Part shown: positions 35,255 to 47,422 of the stretch, piece by piece
How the letters are laid out: each line of letters opens with the position of its first letter
How positions within the stretch are numbered: position 1 is the stretch's first letter
DNA from: Felis catus
Lineage: Eukaryota
Assembly (NCBI RefSeq): GCF_018350175.1
Contig: NC_058369.1
Location: forward strand, 15,874,001 to 15,938,000
Length of the DNA: 64,000 nucleotides
Direction of reading: 5' to 3'
Made by a program: the position numbers and the translations under genes
The notes under the pieces: generated by a model
Told to the model about the DNA's origin: nothing
Database searches by the model: none
Seen by the model: only the letters and a program-made list of their open reading frames with translations

Positions 35255-37549
35255 ATCACCCAGATGTGTGACTGCCGAGTTGTACTGTAAGGGCATGGTT
35301 TAGTTTTGGAAGAAACAGCCGTACTCTTTTCCAGAGCAGCTGTATTATTTTCTGTCCACAACAGCAATGTGCGAGGGATCCCGTTTCTCCCCATCCTCAC
35401 CGGCATTTGGTTTTGTCGCTGTGTTTTGTATTTCGGGCATTCTGATAGGTGTCGTGGTAGTTTCTATTTACATTTTCTAATGACTAATGATATTGAAGAT
35501 GTGTTCATGCGCGTGGCTGCCATTAGTATGTCTCCTTCGGGGAGATGTCCGTGTATGTCTTTGCCCATTTTCTTTCTTTCTTTTTTTAATTAAAAAAAAA
35601 AAGAATCTTTATTTTTGAGACAGAAAGAGAGACCGAGCATGAGCAGGGGAGGGGCAGAGAGAGAGGGAGACACAGCATCCGAAGCAGGCTCCAGGCTCCG
35701 AGCTGTCAGCACAGAGCCCGACGCGGGGCTCGAACTCAAGGACCGCGAGATCATGACCTGAGCCAATGTCGGACGCTTAACAAACTGAACCACCCAGATG
35801 CCCCATGTCTTTGCCCGTTTTCTAACTGGATTTTTTGCTCTTGAGTTTGAAGAGTGCTGTCCATTTTAGATACACATGTTTTGCTGGAGATGTTGCTTAC
35901 AAATATTTGCTGAGTCTGTAGCTTGTGTTTTCGTCAGCTGAGTAGAGGATTTCGAAGAGGAAAGGTTTCTGTTTCGAAGAAGGTTAATTTAGCAATTTTT
36001 CTTTTTATGGATTGGCGCTTTTGGCCTCAAGTCTAGGAACACGTGGCCTTGACGCAGAGACCAAAGATCTCTGCTTTGTCATCTTCTGGGGTCTTGTATT
36101 TGACATTTTATAATTAAGGCTGTGATCGATTTTGAGTTAATTTTTGCGTGAGATGTGAGGTTGAGGCTGACGGCCGTTAGTTTCTTCCTGCCTGTGGCTA
36201 ATAGCTTCAGCACCGTTCGTTGAAAAGGCTGTCACGGCCTCTTCGTCAAAAGGCAGGTGGTCGTCTTTGAGAATCCAGTTCTACATTTTCTGTTTTGTCC
36301 CGTTGATCTGTCTATCCCTCTGCCAAAACCACACTGCCTGGATTACCGTAGATGATGTCCTGAAATCAGATGAAGTGATTCCTCTGCCTTTATTCCTCAT
36401 TTTCAAAATTGCGTTAGCAGGGGCTCCTGGGTGGCTCAGTCAGTTAAGCGGCTGACTTTGGCTCAGGTCATGATCTCACGGTCCATGAGTTCAAGCCCGT
36501 GTCGGGCGCTGTGCTGACAGCTCAGAACCTGGAGCCTGCTTTGGGTTCCGTGTCTCCCTCTCTCTCTGCCCCTCCCCTGCTCCTTCTCTGTCTGTCTCTC
36601 TCTCTAAATTAAATAAACATTAAAAACAATGTTTTAGCAATTCAAAGTCCTATGACTTTCCATATAAATGTAAGAATAATCAGCTTGTCTAGGTCTTCTT
36701 GTACAAAAAGACCTTTGATGGGATTTTAATCTAAATTGTTTTAAACCTGTTGATCGATTGGGGGATAAACTGATATCTTTCCTATGTTTTGTATTTCGTG
36801 TTCCTATGTTTTGTCTTGCAACCCATGTACGTAGGCTGTCTCTCTACATTTATTTAGGGCTTTGACTTCCTTCACCAGCATTTTGCAAGTCCTAGCATCA
36901 AGTCCTGCAAATGTGTTGGTAAAGTGGTACAGAAGTATAATCTAAACGCTTTTTGGAGCAATTGTAAATGGTATTGTGTTTTTAGTTTTGGGTTCATTAA
37001 TACATAAAAATGTGGTTGCTTTTTGTTTGTTGGGTTTTTTTCCCCCCTGCAACCTAGCTAAACTCAGTTATTGGTTCTGAATTTTTTAGTAGATTCTTTG
37101 GGATTTTCTCTGCAGGTGACCATGTCTTCCTCAAATAGGCACTAAATTTTACTTCCTCTGTTCCAATTTGTATGCCTTTTATTTCTTTTTCTTCCTTGCC
37201 ACTGGTTAAGCTCTGTGGTAGGAGTGTAAGGAAGAAATAATGGACATCTTGCCTCATTCCTGATTGTGGAGCAAAGCCCCGACTTTATCAGTGTGATGGG
37301 GTCAGTGGCTCTCTGTAGTTGTTGTTTACCACTTTGAGGAAGTTTACATTCATAGTTCACTGAGAATGTTTGTTATGAATGGGTGAGCGGTTTTGTCAAA
37401 TGCTTTCTCTGTCACTATTTGACAAATGGCTCCATTTCTTGTAAGATTTTGCACTTAGGATCATATGTTCCTAGTATTCTTTTGCTATCCTTTTTTTTAC
37501 TGAAGGGTCTGTAGTGATGTCCCCTGTTTCAATCCTGACATTAATTGGT

Positions 37550-37599
<50 letters not shown>

Positions 37600-38150
37600 G
37601 TCTTGCTAGAGGTTTACCACTTTTGATGGTTTTTGGGAAAAACCAGCTGTTCATTTCATTGATTTTGTGTGTTGCTTTTGTTTTCATTTTGTTGATTTGC
37701 TTTTTTCCTTCTTTCTGCTCATTAGGTTTATTTTGCCCTTTTTCTAGTTTCGTGAGAAAGAAATTTAGATTACTTATGTGAGACCGTTCCTTTCTAACTA
37801 AGCATTTAGTGCTGCATGTTGTCCTATTAGACCTGCCTTAGTTACACCCCCACCGACCTTGACTCATTACGTTTTTGTTTTCATCTAGTTCTATGTATTT
37901 TCTATTTCTTTGGAGACTTCCTCTTTGACCCATGGATGATTTAGAAGCGTGTTTTTAAATTTTCAAGTGTTTGCAAACATTCCTGTCATCTCTCTGTGAT
38001 TTTTAGTTGATTCCATTTTGGTCTGAGAACATATTCTGTGTCATTTCAATTTTTTAAAAATATTTTTGAAGCCCTGGATGTGCTTTATCTTGGTGAGAGT
38101 TCCATGAGAACTCGAAAATATTTACTAGTTGTGAAGGGATTGAAATCCTG
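35255..38150 (-). mobile_element. Old L1 (L1MC-like) ORF2, fragmented, with SINEs at 35574-35804 (-) and 36420-36627 (+)
   Basis: Minus-strand peptide EEKEIKGIQIGTEEVKFS. SINE TSD ATGTCTTTGCCC(A/G)TTTTCT at 35555-35573 and 35805-35823. (TC)n at about 37552-37598. Confidence 0.88.
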
Positions 38151-39099
38151 TATTAATTCCCTTCCTGGCGAAAGATACTTGGAGAAGCCTTTTTCATGAC
38201 CAAACCCTGAGGGATACAGGACAGTTCCATCCCACACCGCACTGTCTGTTCCCAAACTCTTTCTCATCGGCCGCCGCATTGCTGAGTGTCTTCCCTTTTG
38301 GCCCCTCACGACCTTGTCAGTCCCCCCGGTGCCTACCTTATCTTTGTTCCCAGACCTCACATCACCCCCACTCCCCATGACAATCAATTCTTTTCTTACC
38401 TACGGAAAATTTCCCTCTCTCAAATTAAAAAATGTGTGCCCTCCTCCTCACCCCCATCGTCTCATTAAGAACCTTCTTTGTGATCCGTCCTCCTTAGAAT
38501 GCAGAGGGGACTATAAGTAGCAAATAACTCTCTCCACTTCCTGGGGCTGAGCTGACCCCACCCTCGGATCGATGGTGCACGTGTCTTCTTCAGCATCTGT
38601 TCTGAGATCTAAGTTGTGGGAAGTGTTTTCTAGAGTCTATAATCCTTCTAGACTCCTTGGACAACAACAGCAGAATCTTGGTGTTCTTGATGCCCTGGGT
38701 TATTTTGACACCTGCTGCTGATATTCCATAGCTCTCTCATGGGAGTAGGGAGCCTGCTGTTGTTGATTTGTTCTTCCTGATACTAACCTCAGACACGAAG
38801 GAGTCAAGAAGGATCAGGATACAAATCTATTCTCTGCCACCGGATGGCCGCGCAACCGTGGCGTGTCATGTAATCTCACACCGCTTTAATCCTTACCTGT
38901 AACTTGGACGCCTGCAAAATCGTGAGAGTCACCTGATACACCATGATGAACGCTGGGCATGAGACGGTTCAAAAGATGATAGTCATTCTCATCGTGTGCT
39001 CTTTCGTCGTTATGTTGTTGCTATGACATCGCATGTCGGTATCCCTGGCTTCTCTCTCTTCCTAGCTTTCGTCTTCCGTTCAGAGAGCTGCTTGTATAC

Positions 39100-39850
39100 C
39101 TGAGAGCATGAGTAACTCCTGGGCACACTGGCAGCGGTCTATTGAGCCTCTCTTGCGTTTACGTGTGGTTGGATCAGTGAGTTCTAGCCCATGGAACTGG
39201 CCGAACGTGATGTGAGCAACCTCTAGGCCTGCTCACAAAACCCTTTCATGCCCTTTGCCCCACCTCTTGGGCGATACGACTTTATATATTTTGATCATGG
39301 TGCCGACTTTAGTGATATCAGACTCAACGATATGCAGGGTGCCTTGCTCCCTAAATTAAGGATGGGAGGCAGACGGCCACTAATTAGTGATCCTGATTAG
39401 CTATGCATGATCCAGAAATGCATGTTTAAGTTCATCATGCATTTTGAAATTTGTTTGTTGGTAGATAGCATTTTCTTTAAAAAAAAAATTTTTTTTTAAG
39501 TTTATTTATTTATTTTGAGAGAGTGCAAATGCGAGCAGGGGAGGGGCAGAGAGAGAGAGAGAGAGAGAGAATCAGAAGCAGGCTCATGCACTGTCAGTGC
39601 CGAGCCCGATGTGGGGCTCAGACCCATGAACCGTGAGATCGTGACTTGAGCCAAAATCAAGAGTCCGCCACTAAATCGACCGAGCCACCCAGGCACCCTG
39701 GTAGAAAATGCTAGCATCTTCTTAACTGATGTAAAAGTTGGTACCATGAAGTGGTGCCATACAAAAACCATAGTTTCGGCTTAATGTTCAGGCAGTGGGC
39801 AAAGAGACTGATCTGAAGAACCGTGAAGACGTGGTTTCTGGCGTTGGGGG
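39100..39850 (+). mobile_element. Ancient MaLR/ERVL LTR plus start of internal sequence, interrupted by a SINE (39487-39698)
   Basis: TGAGTTCTAGCCCATGGAA..GTGATGTG..CTCTAGGCCT and the LTR/internal junction TAACTGATGTAAAAGTTGGTACC. Confidence 0.5.
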
Positions 39851-40277
39851 CAGCGGGAGGGGTGGCCAGCGAAGGGGCACAAAGAATCTCTTCGGGGTGA
39901 TGGCAACGTTTATACCGTGACTGCGGCCGTTGTTGCCCGGATCCGTACGAGTGCCGAAATCCATCAAATTGTAGACATTAAACAGATGCAATTTATCGTC
40001 CAGAACCTGTATCTTAATAAGCTGATGCGAAAAAGCAGATGTCATCTCTGGTAAACTCCCCGTCTAATATCGGGTTCCCAGACCCGGTGGGGGGAGGATT
40101 CATTGAGCACTCTCAGGAGAAACCAGCAAGCAAGGGGGTGAGTCAGCAGGACAGGGAGGGAGGAATCCAGCAGGACTGTGAACTCAGGAGAAGTCCCCCC
40201 CTGTACCCCGACTCGCTCCTTGTTATAAGGAGCCATCATGTGCACATTTTCTTCAGGTTGTTGTTTTAAGAAATGCA

Positions 40278-40470
40278 GGGGCGCCTGGGGGGCTCAGGTC
40301 ACGATCTCGCGGTCCGTGAGTTCGAGCCCCGCGTCGGGCTCTGTGCTGACAGCTCAGAGCCTGGAGCCTGCTTCAGATTCTGTGTCTCCCTCTCTCTCTG
40401 CCCCTCCCCCGTTCATGCTCTGTCCCTCTCTGTCTCAAAAATAAATAAAACATTAAAAAAAAAAAAAAAA
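40278..40470 (+). mobile_element. CanSINE with an internal 5' deletion
   Basis: GGGGCGCCTGGGGGGCTCAG joined directly to GTCACGATC. TSD AAGAAATG(C/T)A. Confidence 0.9.
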
Positions 40471-40609
40471 AAGAAATGTAGCATCAAAGCACAGGTGTCC
40501 CGATCTAAAAGTCGGCTGCTGGGGTGTGGGTATGGGCTGCTGGAGAGGGACGAGGGGGCCCCCGGCCCAGCCGTGAGTCACATCCAGACCTGTAGGGAGG
40601 TGGCCGCAC

Positions 40610-40850
40610 AGTGGGGCTAGAATCAGGCAGAAGGGGGATCCCGGCCCAGCCCCACCGTGTTCTGGTGATGTGATCTTGGACTCATTGCTTAACCAACTTG
40701 CCTCAGTTCCTCCTCCGAGAGATGGTAAAACACAAGTGCACTTACCTCGCAGACTCGCCGAGAGAGGTTTACTCCGCACGAAACACGGAAGGCCTTTAGC
40801 AGAGGCCCTGCTGCGATAAAAGTGCTCAGGAAAAGCTGTTTTGATTATTA
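40610..40850. mobile_element. MIR
   Basis: TGTGATCTTGGACTCATTGCTTAACC..CCTCAGTTCCTC..TAAAAGTGCTCAG. Confidence 0.7.
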
Positions 40851-41082
40851 AAGAGTCATTTCTCTGCCCCTCGTCTCCTCCTGCAACTTCCCCACCGCGG
40901 AGGCAGCCCCCACCCCCTGTCACTCCTGCAACAGTCCGAGTCCTTTCTGTCCCCTCGTACTGGGGGCTGACGGCTCTTTGATCTTTTCTACAGTGGAGAC
41001 TTAGGCGCATTTTGTGATTCGTTCAGGATTCGTGCTGTGCAACACAGGCAGAGGCTTGACACATTTAAAAAGTATCCAGACT

Positions 41083-41234
41083 GGGGCGCCTGGGCGGCTC
41101 CGTGGGTTAAGCCTCCTGCTCTTGATTTCGGCTCAGGTCATGATGTCGTGGTTTGTGAGTTCAAGCCCCGCGTCGAGTTCTGCGCCGACAGTGAGGAGCC
41201 TGCTCGGGATTCTCTCTCTCTCTCTGCCCCTCTT

Positions 41235-41271
<37 letters not shown>

Positions 41272-41522
41272 ATAAATAAATAACTTGGGGCGCCTGGGTG
41301 GCGCAGTCGGTTAAGCGTCCGACTTCAGCCAGGTCACGATCTTGCGGTCCGGGAGTTCGAGCCCCGCGTCGGGCTCTGGGCTGATGGCTCGGAGCCTGGA
41401 GCCTGTTTCCGATTCTGTGTCTCCCTCTCTCTCTGCCCCTCCCCCGTTCATGCTCTGTCTCTCTCTGTCCCAAAAATAAATAAAAAACGTTGAAAAAATA
41501 AAATAAAATAAATAAATAACTT
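41083..41522 (+). mobile_element. Young CanSINE (41287-41504) nested in the tail of an older SINE (41083-41280)
   Basis: Perfect 18-bp TSD AAAATAAATAAATAACTT at 41269-41286 and 41505-41522. Confidence 0.93.
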
Positions 41523-41794
41523 AAAAACAATAGACAAAACGTATCCCGATTAATCTTCCTCTGTGACAACGAACCCTCAGGCCCGTCCACCCCAACGTCA
41601 CACTTCTGGGTGTCCTTCCAGCCACTGGGGGTCGCAGAAGCCTCCCAAACGCCATGCTCCTGAGTCGTGCACAAAGCAGAAGTGAAATTTTCTCTCAGGG
41701 GAGAAACATTTCTGGCTGCTGTTTGGGCGAAGGAGAAATGAGCTTAAAGATCTGTTATCTGCCGTCCCTTCTATTTCCTGTCTCTCTTGTCTAT

Positions 41795-41997
41795 TTTTGT
41801 TAATGTCTATTTGTTTTTGAGAGAGACAGAGTGCGAGCAGGGGAGGGGCAGAGCGGGAGGGAGACACAGAATCCGAAGCAGGCTCCGGGCTCCGGGCTGT
41901 CAGCACAGAGCCCGACCCGGGGCTCGAACCCACAAACAGCGAGATCACGACCTGCGCTGAAGTCGAGGCTTAACCGACTGAGCCAGCCAGGCGCCCC
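41795..41997 (-). mobile_element. CanSINE
   Basis: Antisense SINE body. Confidence 0.9.
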
Positions 41998-43037
41998 ATT
42001 GTTTCTGTAGGCCTTTGGGCTTCACAGGAGGGCAGTGTGCAGTGGACAGAGGGAACCCAGAAACACCCTGGATCCCCAGCGAGCCAGACGCAGGCCGTGC
42101 CGGCTGCAGAAGCCCTCCCACGAGCCCCCTGGGAAAATGTGGGTGAGTGGAAGCGTGTGGTCCGAGCTCAGTCTCTGCGCCCCGGCTGGGCCCCGAGACC
42201 CGGGGCCCAGGAGCTGGTGACCGGAAGATGGGTGACCCTCAAGGAAGCTCGGACGCTCTACTGCTCTGCAGTCACTTCCTTTCACACATGCAAGGCTGAG
42301 GTTGACCTGAGCTCTCCTGCAAGAACCTTCTGGCCACCCACCCCCCCCCCCCCCACCTCCCCGCCCCGGAGCTTCTGAAGGTTCTGTGTTTGTTTCTCCT
42401 GCCGATGCCCCTATATTCCCAAGTTGCCTTCTGTTCGGTTTGATTTGTGGCTGTTCCTCTGAAATGTTTCTGCATTCGTGTATGTGACCTTGAGAATCTG
42501 GAAGATCACAGGGTATTGGTGTTTGGGGTCAGGTTTTCCTGTGAGCTTAGCGCCTCGAGGAGCAGGGAAGAAGCACCCCAAATCTCCTGGCCCTCCCAAG
42601 GCTGAACGAGCCGCTCGGGACCTCGGGGAAACCTCTTCGGGCTCTGCCTGTACATTTGGCCCCAAGGGCGTCCTCATCATCAGCTGAAGCTTGGCAGGCA
42701 CGGGTCCCTCAGCTGGTGGGATAGTGCGAGAGAAAAGAGGAACTCAGTGGATAGTCTACACTCGGGGGTGGAGAGCAGCCCTGCCCTTCACCCTCTCTGT
42801 GGCTTTTGCCAAGTCCCTCGCGGACTCTCCATTTTGTCGTCTGCGATGTGAGCATCCCTGCTGACCTCGCGGGCTGCGCGATAGATAGGTGATAGAATGG
42901 GCCAGAAAGCAGTTTGCAACTGCAGTCATCAGACCGGCATCTCCCAGAGTTCTAAGGAATCCTGGTCTTAAAGAATGTTGACAGGTGCTATTTGAAAGAA
43001 CACATTTCTTTTTTCTACATTAAAAATAGGATTGGGA

Positions 43038-43260
43038 GGGGCGCCCGGGTGGTTCGGTCGGTTAAGCGTTTGACGTCGGCTCAGGTCACGAACTCATAGT
43101 TCGTGAGTTCGAGCTCCACGTAGGGCTCTGGGCAGACAGCTCAGAGCCTGGAGCCCGCTGCAGATTCTGTCTTCCTCTCTCTCTGCCCCTCCCCGGCTTA
43201 TGCTCTGTCTCTCTCTCTCTCTCTCTCTCTCAAAAATAAATAAACATTAAAAAAAAAAAA
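43038..43260 (+). mobile_element. CanSINE
   Basis: SINE head, (CT)n tract, AATAAA and A tail. Confidence 0.9.
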
Positions 43261-45697
43261 CTAAAAAAACAGGAAGAAGAATCATAGGCGGTTGTGTTTA
43301 CCCTCACATAAATCAGCCCCGATCGTAAGCTTCTCTAAAGCTTAATCTCTCAATTGGTAGGAAGACGTTGCCCTGACCAGAGCACCCAGGAAGGGCTCCC
43401 ATGGTTCATTGCTCGCACGTGGAGAACGCTCTGGGGTCCCTCCCGGGAAGATCCGAGCCTCTGCTGAATTCCACATTCCCCGTCGACGCACCCCGAGGTG
43501 ATTCCGGAACCGTCACCTTTTTAGGCCTCTCCGTGTTGACTTCCCTTTATCGCCATTGCCAACGGCTGGCGTGTTCCACAAGGTAAAGAAGTTCTTCGGT
43601 TGCTGAAATCACTCCGGGAGAATTCGAAGTCCCCAGCGAGGGGGTGGAGACTGAGCTCAGGGGCCGGTGGCCACTTACCAGACAGAAGTCCCAGCCCCGT
43701 CCCTGCCGGCCACCCTCCTTCTCATGAAGGACGCTCAGTGTCCACACCAGGCTTCCACCCTCCCCGCTGCTGGAGGTGCGGTGACTTTTGAACTTGGGGA
43801 GTTTGGAAAGGATAGCGCGGAAGGCTTCCCTCAGCCCTGTCCTCTTCGCCAGGAAAGGGAGCTGCCCGCGGCCCTTGGGGTTGCCTTTGCCTCCGTAGAT
43901 AAAGCATCCAGTTCTGCGGTTTAGCGAACGGGGTCATGTGTGGCCCCTTAATTTCTTACCATCCTCAGAACCAGAGAGGATAAGGGGACAGGTGGGGAGG
44001 GCAGGGGTGCTTTTTTCTCTTCCGATGACGCTGAGCACCAGAAAACTGAGGTCGGCCAGAAATGCCACGGAAGTTTAGAGGAGGGGCGGGCAGTTCCAAG
44101 CACCTGCTACGTTAAGACACCGTCATCGTGGTGGGGCCCTGGTTGGGCCTTTCCCACAAGCAGGCGGGTTTCATGGGCCACCTCACCTGACCCTCCCATA
44201 GATGGAGGTGTTGTTCTTACCTCCGTTTGCAGATGAGGAAGCCAAGCACCATTCCAGCTGCCTGGACCCAGGAGTCCAGTCTTTCTAAGCAGAAAAGGAT
44301 GTCCTCACGGGGAAGCTGGGCCTCACTGCGGACGGGGTGCAGACCAGCAGAGAGGGGAGAGGGTGAGACTGCCCGAGGCATGTCTGGACCAGTGAGTCCC
44401 CCGTGAGGCTTGAATGGGAGACTTGGGGCAGAAAGAGGGTCCCCAGAAACGCAGCAGGAAGCCTTGGAGTTAGGCAAGGCCTCTGGCATTTTCTAACCCA
44501 GCCTCTCACTTGTGGAGAGAGTTTTCCTTATTCTCTGGTCCCCGTGGCTGTGGTCCCTGGCCCCCGGGAGCTGCCCTCGCAGGGCTGAATCAGAAGGCCC
44601 CTCAGGCCATGCTTCCCCAGCTCCATCAGGGGGCTCCCAGGATGGTCCCCCTTGTGGGACAGGTTGCAGAGACTTCTTGTTCTCTGGGGCAGAAATCTGC
44701 CTCGTGGCAGCCTCTCCCCACCCGGGGATGCCCCACAGAGCCCAAGGGAAAGGCCGACTCTATCATAATAGAGCACAACTTCCTATCTCTTTCTTCCTAC
44801 CAGACCTTTCCGGTTTCTCTAACTCTTCTCTGGCAAGGCTTCTGCTGACCCCCCTGACACTGAAGCCTGGCTACCAAGCTGGCTCAAACTCGAGCCTCCG
44901 GGATGTCCATGAGCCCTCCCGACAGACTCCTTCCTTTCTCCCCCCATCTTTTCTTTGCCATTGGCAGTGTGTGTCACAGTCCCGCCTACATAAGAGATGT
45001 TTGATAGACGCTTGGCGAACTGCTTTGACGTCGTCCACGTGGCCAGTTTGTCAAAGGTCACGCCTCTAAGGTCAGAGCTCTTCCCACAAATGTTGGGTGA
45101 TGCCTGCGCTGTGCCCAGCGTCGCGACGGGCGCCCCGGACCCATCAGCACATAGAGCCCGCACACGTGTCACGGTGGTCGCCTAGCCACAGCTCGTGTTT
45201 GCTCAGCCCTGTATATCCTACAGAGTCTTTCTTCCGTATTTATCTTAGTCGATTCCATGGCAACCTGATGATTTACAGGTGAGAAGGCTGAGGTCCAGCA
45301 CGATCTGCTGATGAAGGTTATGGAGCTATTCGGTCACACGGAAAGGCACTTCTCGGGTCTTCTGGGGACGTCTAACCCTGCGCTCCACCTCGACTCATCA
45401 AGGTCTCCTCTAGAGCGCTGGGAAATAACTAGGTTATCCCGCGGTCCTCACATCTTGCCTTCGCGGGAAAGTTCTGATTTAATTTAAAAACTCCCTTTGG
45501 TATTGAAGTATAATTGACGTACAACGTTATATCCGTTGCAGGTGCACAGCCTAGTGATTCGAACTACCTTCCCTACCTTATTTCATGCTCACCACGATAA
45601 ACGTAGTTACCGTCTGCCACTCGATTTTACTTTTTGCCCTGCCCCCTACCCCGGGTCAAAGCAATGTTTATTCAAGAATTATCTGCCCCCCTCCAAA

Positions 45698-45699
<2 letters not shown>

Positions 45700-45728
<29 letters not shown>

Positions 45729-45935
45729 GACAATGCCAAGAGAATGCAGAACCCCGAAACGGCTGCTGAACATCAGCAGTGTTCATCTCAAAGATTACTC
45801 AACTGAGGGTTTAGTATGTAATTCCAACAGCAGAAAAGAAGAACTGTACTGAACTTGATAACTTTCTGAAAACTTGCAGAGCAGCGAGCCTGTTTAAAAG
45901 GGGAAGCCGTCTTGTGTCCTACCTTCCCAATGCCT
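45700..45935 (+). promoter_or_regulatory. CCR3 proximal promoter region
   Basis: Upstream of the exon-1 homology. TGATAA 45856-45861, TATA-like TTTAAAAG 45893-45900, then GGGGAAG (ETS-like). Confidence 0.5.
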
Positions 45936-46102
45936 CTGATCAGACGGCTTCTCCATTTCATGCGTGGCAAGACCTAAGCTGTCCCCGGGTGCATAAAGGA
46001 CTTTGCTAAAGTCACAGGTACCATTTGCCTTCTTTCTGTTCTCTTCCGGGCAAGAACTTACTACATTGCGATAGAAGTCGCTCGCTTAAAAGTGATTTCC
46101 GG
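45936..46102 (+). other. CCR3: CCR3 non-coding exon 1 (5' UTR); 5' end approximate
   Basis: CCTAAGCT..AAGGACTT..CTAAA..CAGGTACCA..TCCGGGCAAGAACTTA..ATAGAAG..GATTTCCGG|GTAG is collinear with the recalled human CCR3 exon 1. GT donor at 46103. Confidence 0.75.
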
Positions 46103-46899
46103 GTAGACCGCCAGGTTTCCAGGAACAAGGAGATGGAGAGAGGGGTCCAGGCAGGGCAAGCGGTGCCTCTCCAGAGCGCTCTTGGATTGCGGAGGCAGAG
46201 GAGAGGGTGATTTAGTAGGTGGTATGGGACCAAAGTAGGAGAGTTTGTTGTGACACATGTCCATTTTCTTCTTGCTTTCTCCCACTTTCCTTCTTTCCCC
46301 CACCCATGCTGTGATACCCTTGCCTCTCCCAGTCATCCACACTTGGCCTTTTGTACCTCATCAGTCAGCATGCCCACGGCTGGGCCCATCGTGTGTTCGC
46401 CGTGCCTTCATAAATTCTCAACTACTGAGGACATGACCGCTCCAAGTTAGCCATTTCGCGTGTATCGATGTTGACTTCGTAAGAAACAGTCCGTGAAAAT
46501 AGAACTTGCATATACATGTGTACATACATCTACATAGTGCAGTTGTATATATACATGTGTATTTTAAGTGTTCATTGAAAATCCACCCTAAGTCATGCTA
46601 TGATGATGAATCAGTGAATCAAATGATTTGGTCTTCGTGTCTGGATCTACAAGGTTGACTGTTTGTTTTTCCTAGACCTGTCCTAGAGGATAGGGGTAGA
46701 AATCCCTCCTAATCTTTTGGGAAACCTTGGATTGATGCAGGTGGAAGTTAACAGTTGTTTGGCCGGTGTTTAGAGGGAGGGTGATGGGAGTATGGGGACT
46801 TTGGTACACAGAAGTGATAGGGGTATTTGTAGCTCTTTTCAGACGGTGGTGATGATTACATTGAACCAGGTAGGCTGAGTTATTTCTCTTGGGGCAAGA

Positions 46900-47400
46900 A
46901 TCGTATGACTCAACAAGAAAAAAGCAGATGTACCCAGCATAAAATGGGTAAAGGGCACCGCCAGATAATTCACAGAAAAGGAAATATGGATGATTACCAA
47001 TTACAGTTTTAAAAAATGCTCAGTAATTAAACAAATATTAGTTACACAATAATGACATCTCTTTTGCCCATATACGTGGCCAATTTTTTTCTCTTTTCTG
47101 TCTTCTTGGTGTTGATGGATGCTTGCTGAGATTAGAGCCATCACCTACTACTGCCCAGAATATATACATCGCTGAACACTTTCTGGAAGCAATTTGACAA
47201 AACGCATCAAGAGACTTAGAAAACAGGTAGAAATTGTGCTTTGGGAAACCTACTCTAAGGAAATAATTTAAAAAAATACAAAGATGTTTATTACAGTATT
47301 ATTTATAAAAGTGTAAATCTGGAACAACTTAATCGCACACCAATAAGACAATGATTAAATACATGAATATCTATACAATATGTTGGTGTCTTTTCAAGTT
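46900..47400 (+). mobile_element. Very old L1 (L1ME-like) 3' fragment
   Basis: AAAATGGGTAAAGG..AATTCACAGAAAAGGAAAT..TTTCTGGAAGCAATTTG..GATGTTTATTACAGTATTATTTATA. Confidence 0.65.
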
Positions 47401-47422
47401 ATATTTCCTTTATTTAAAAAAA

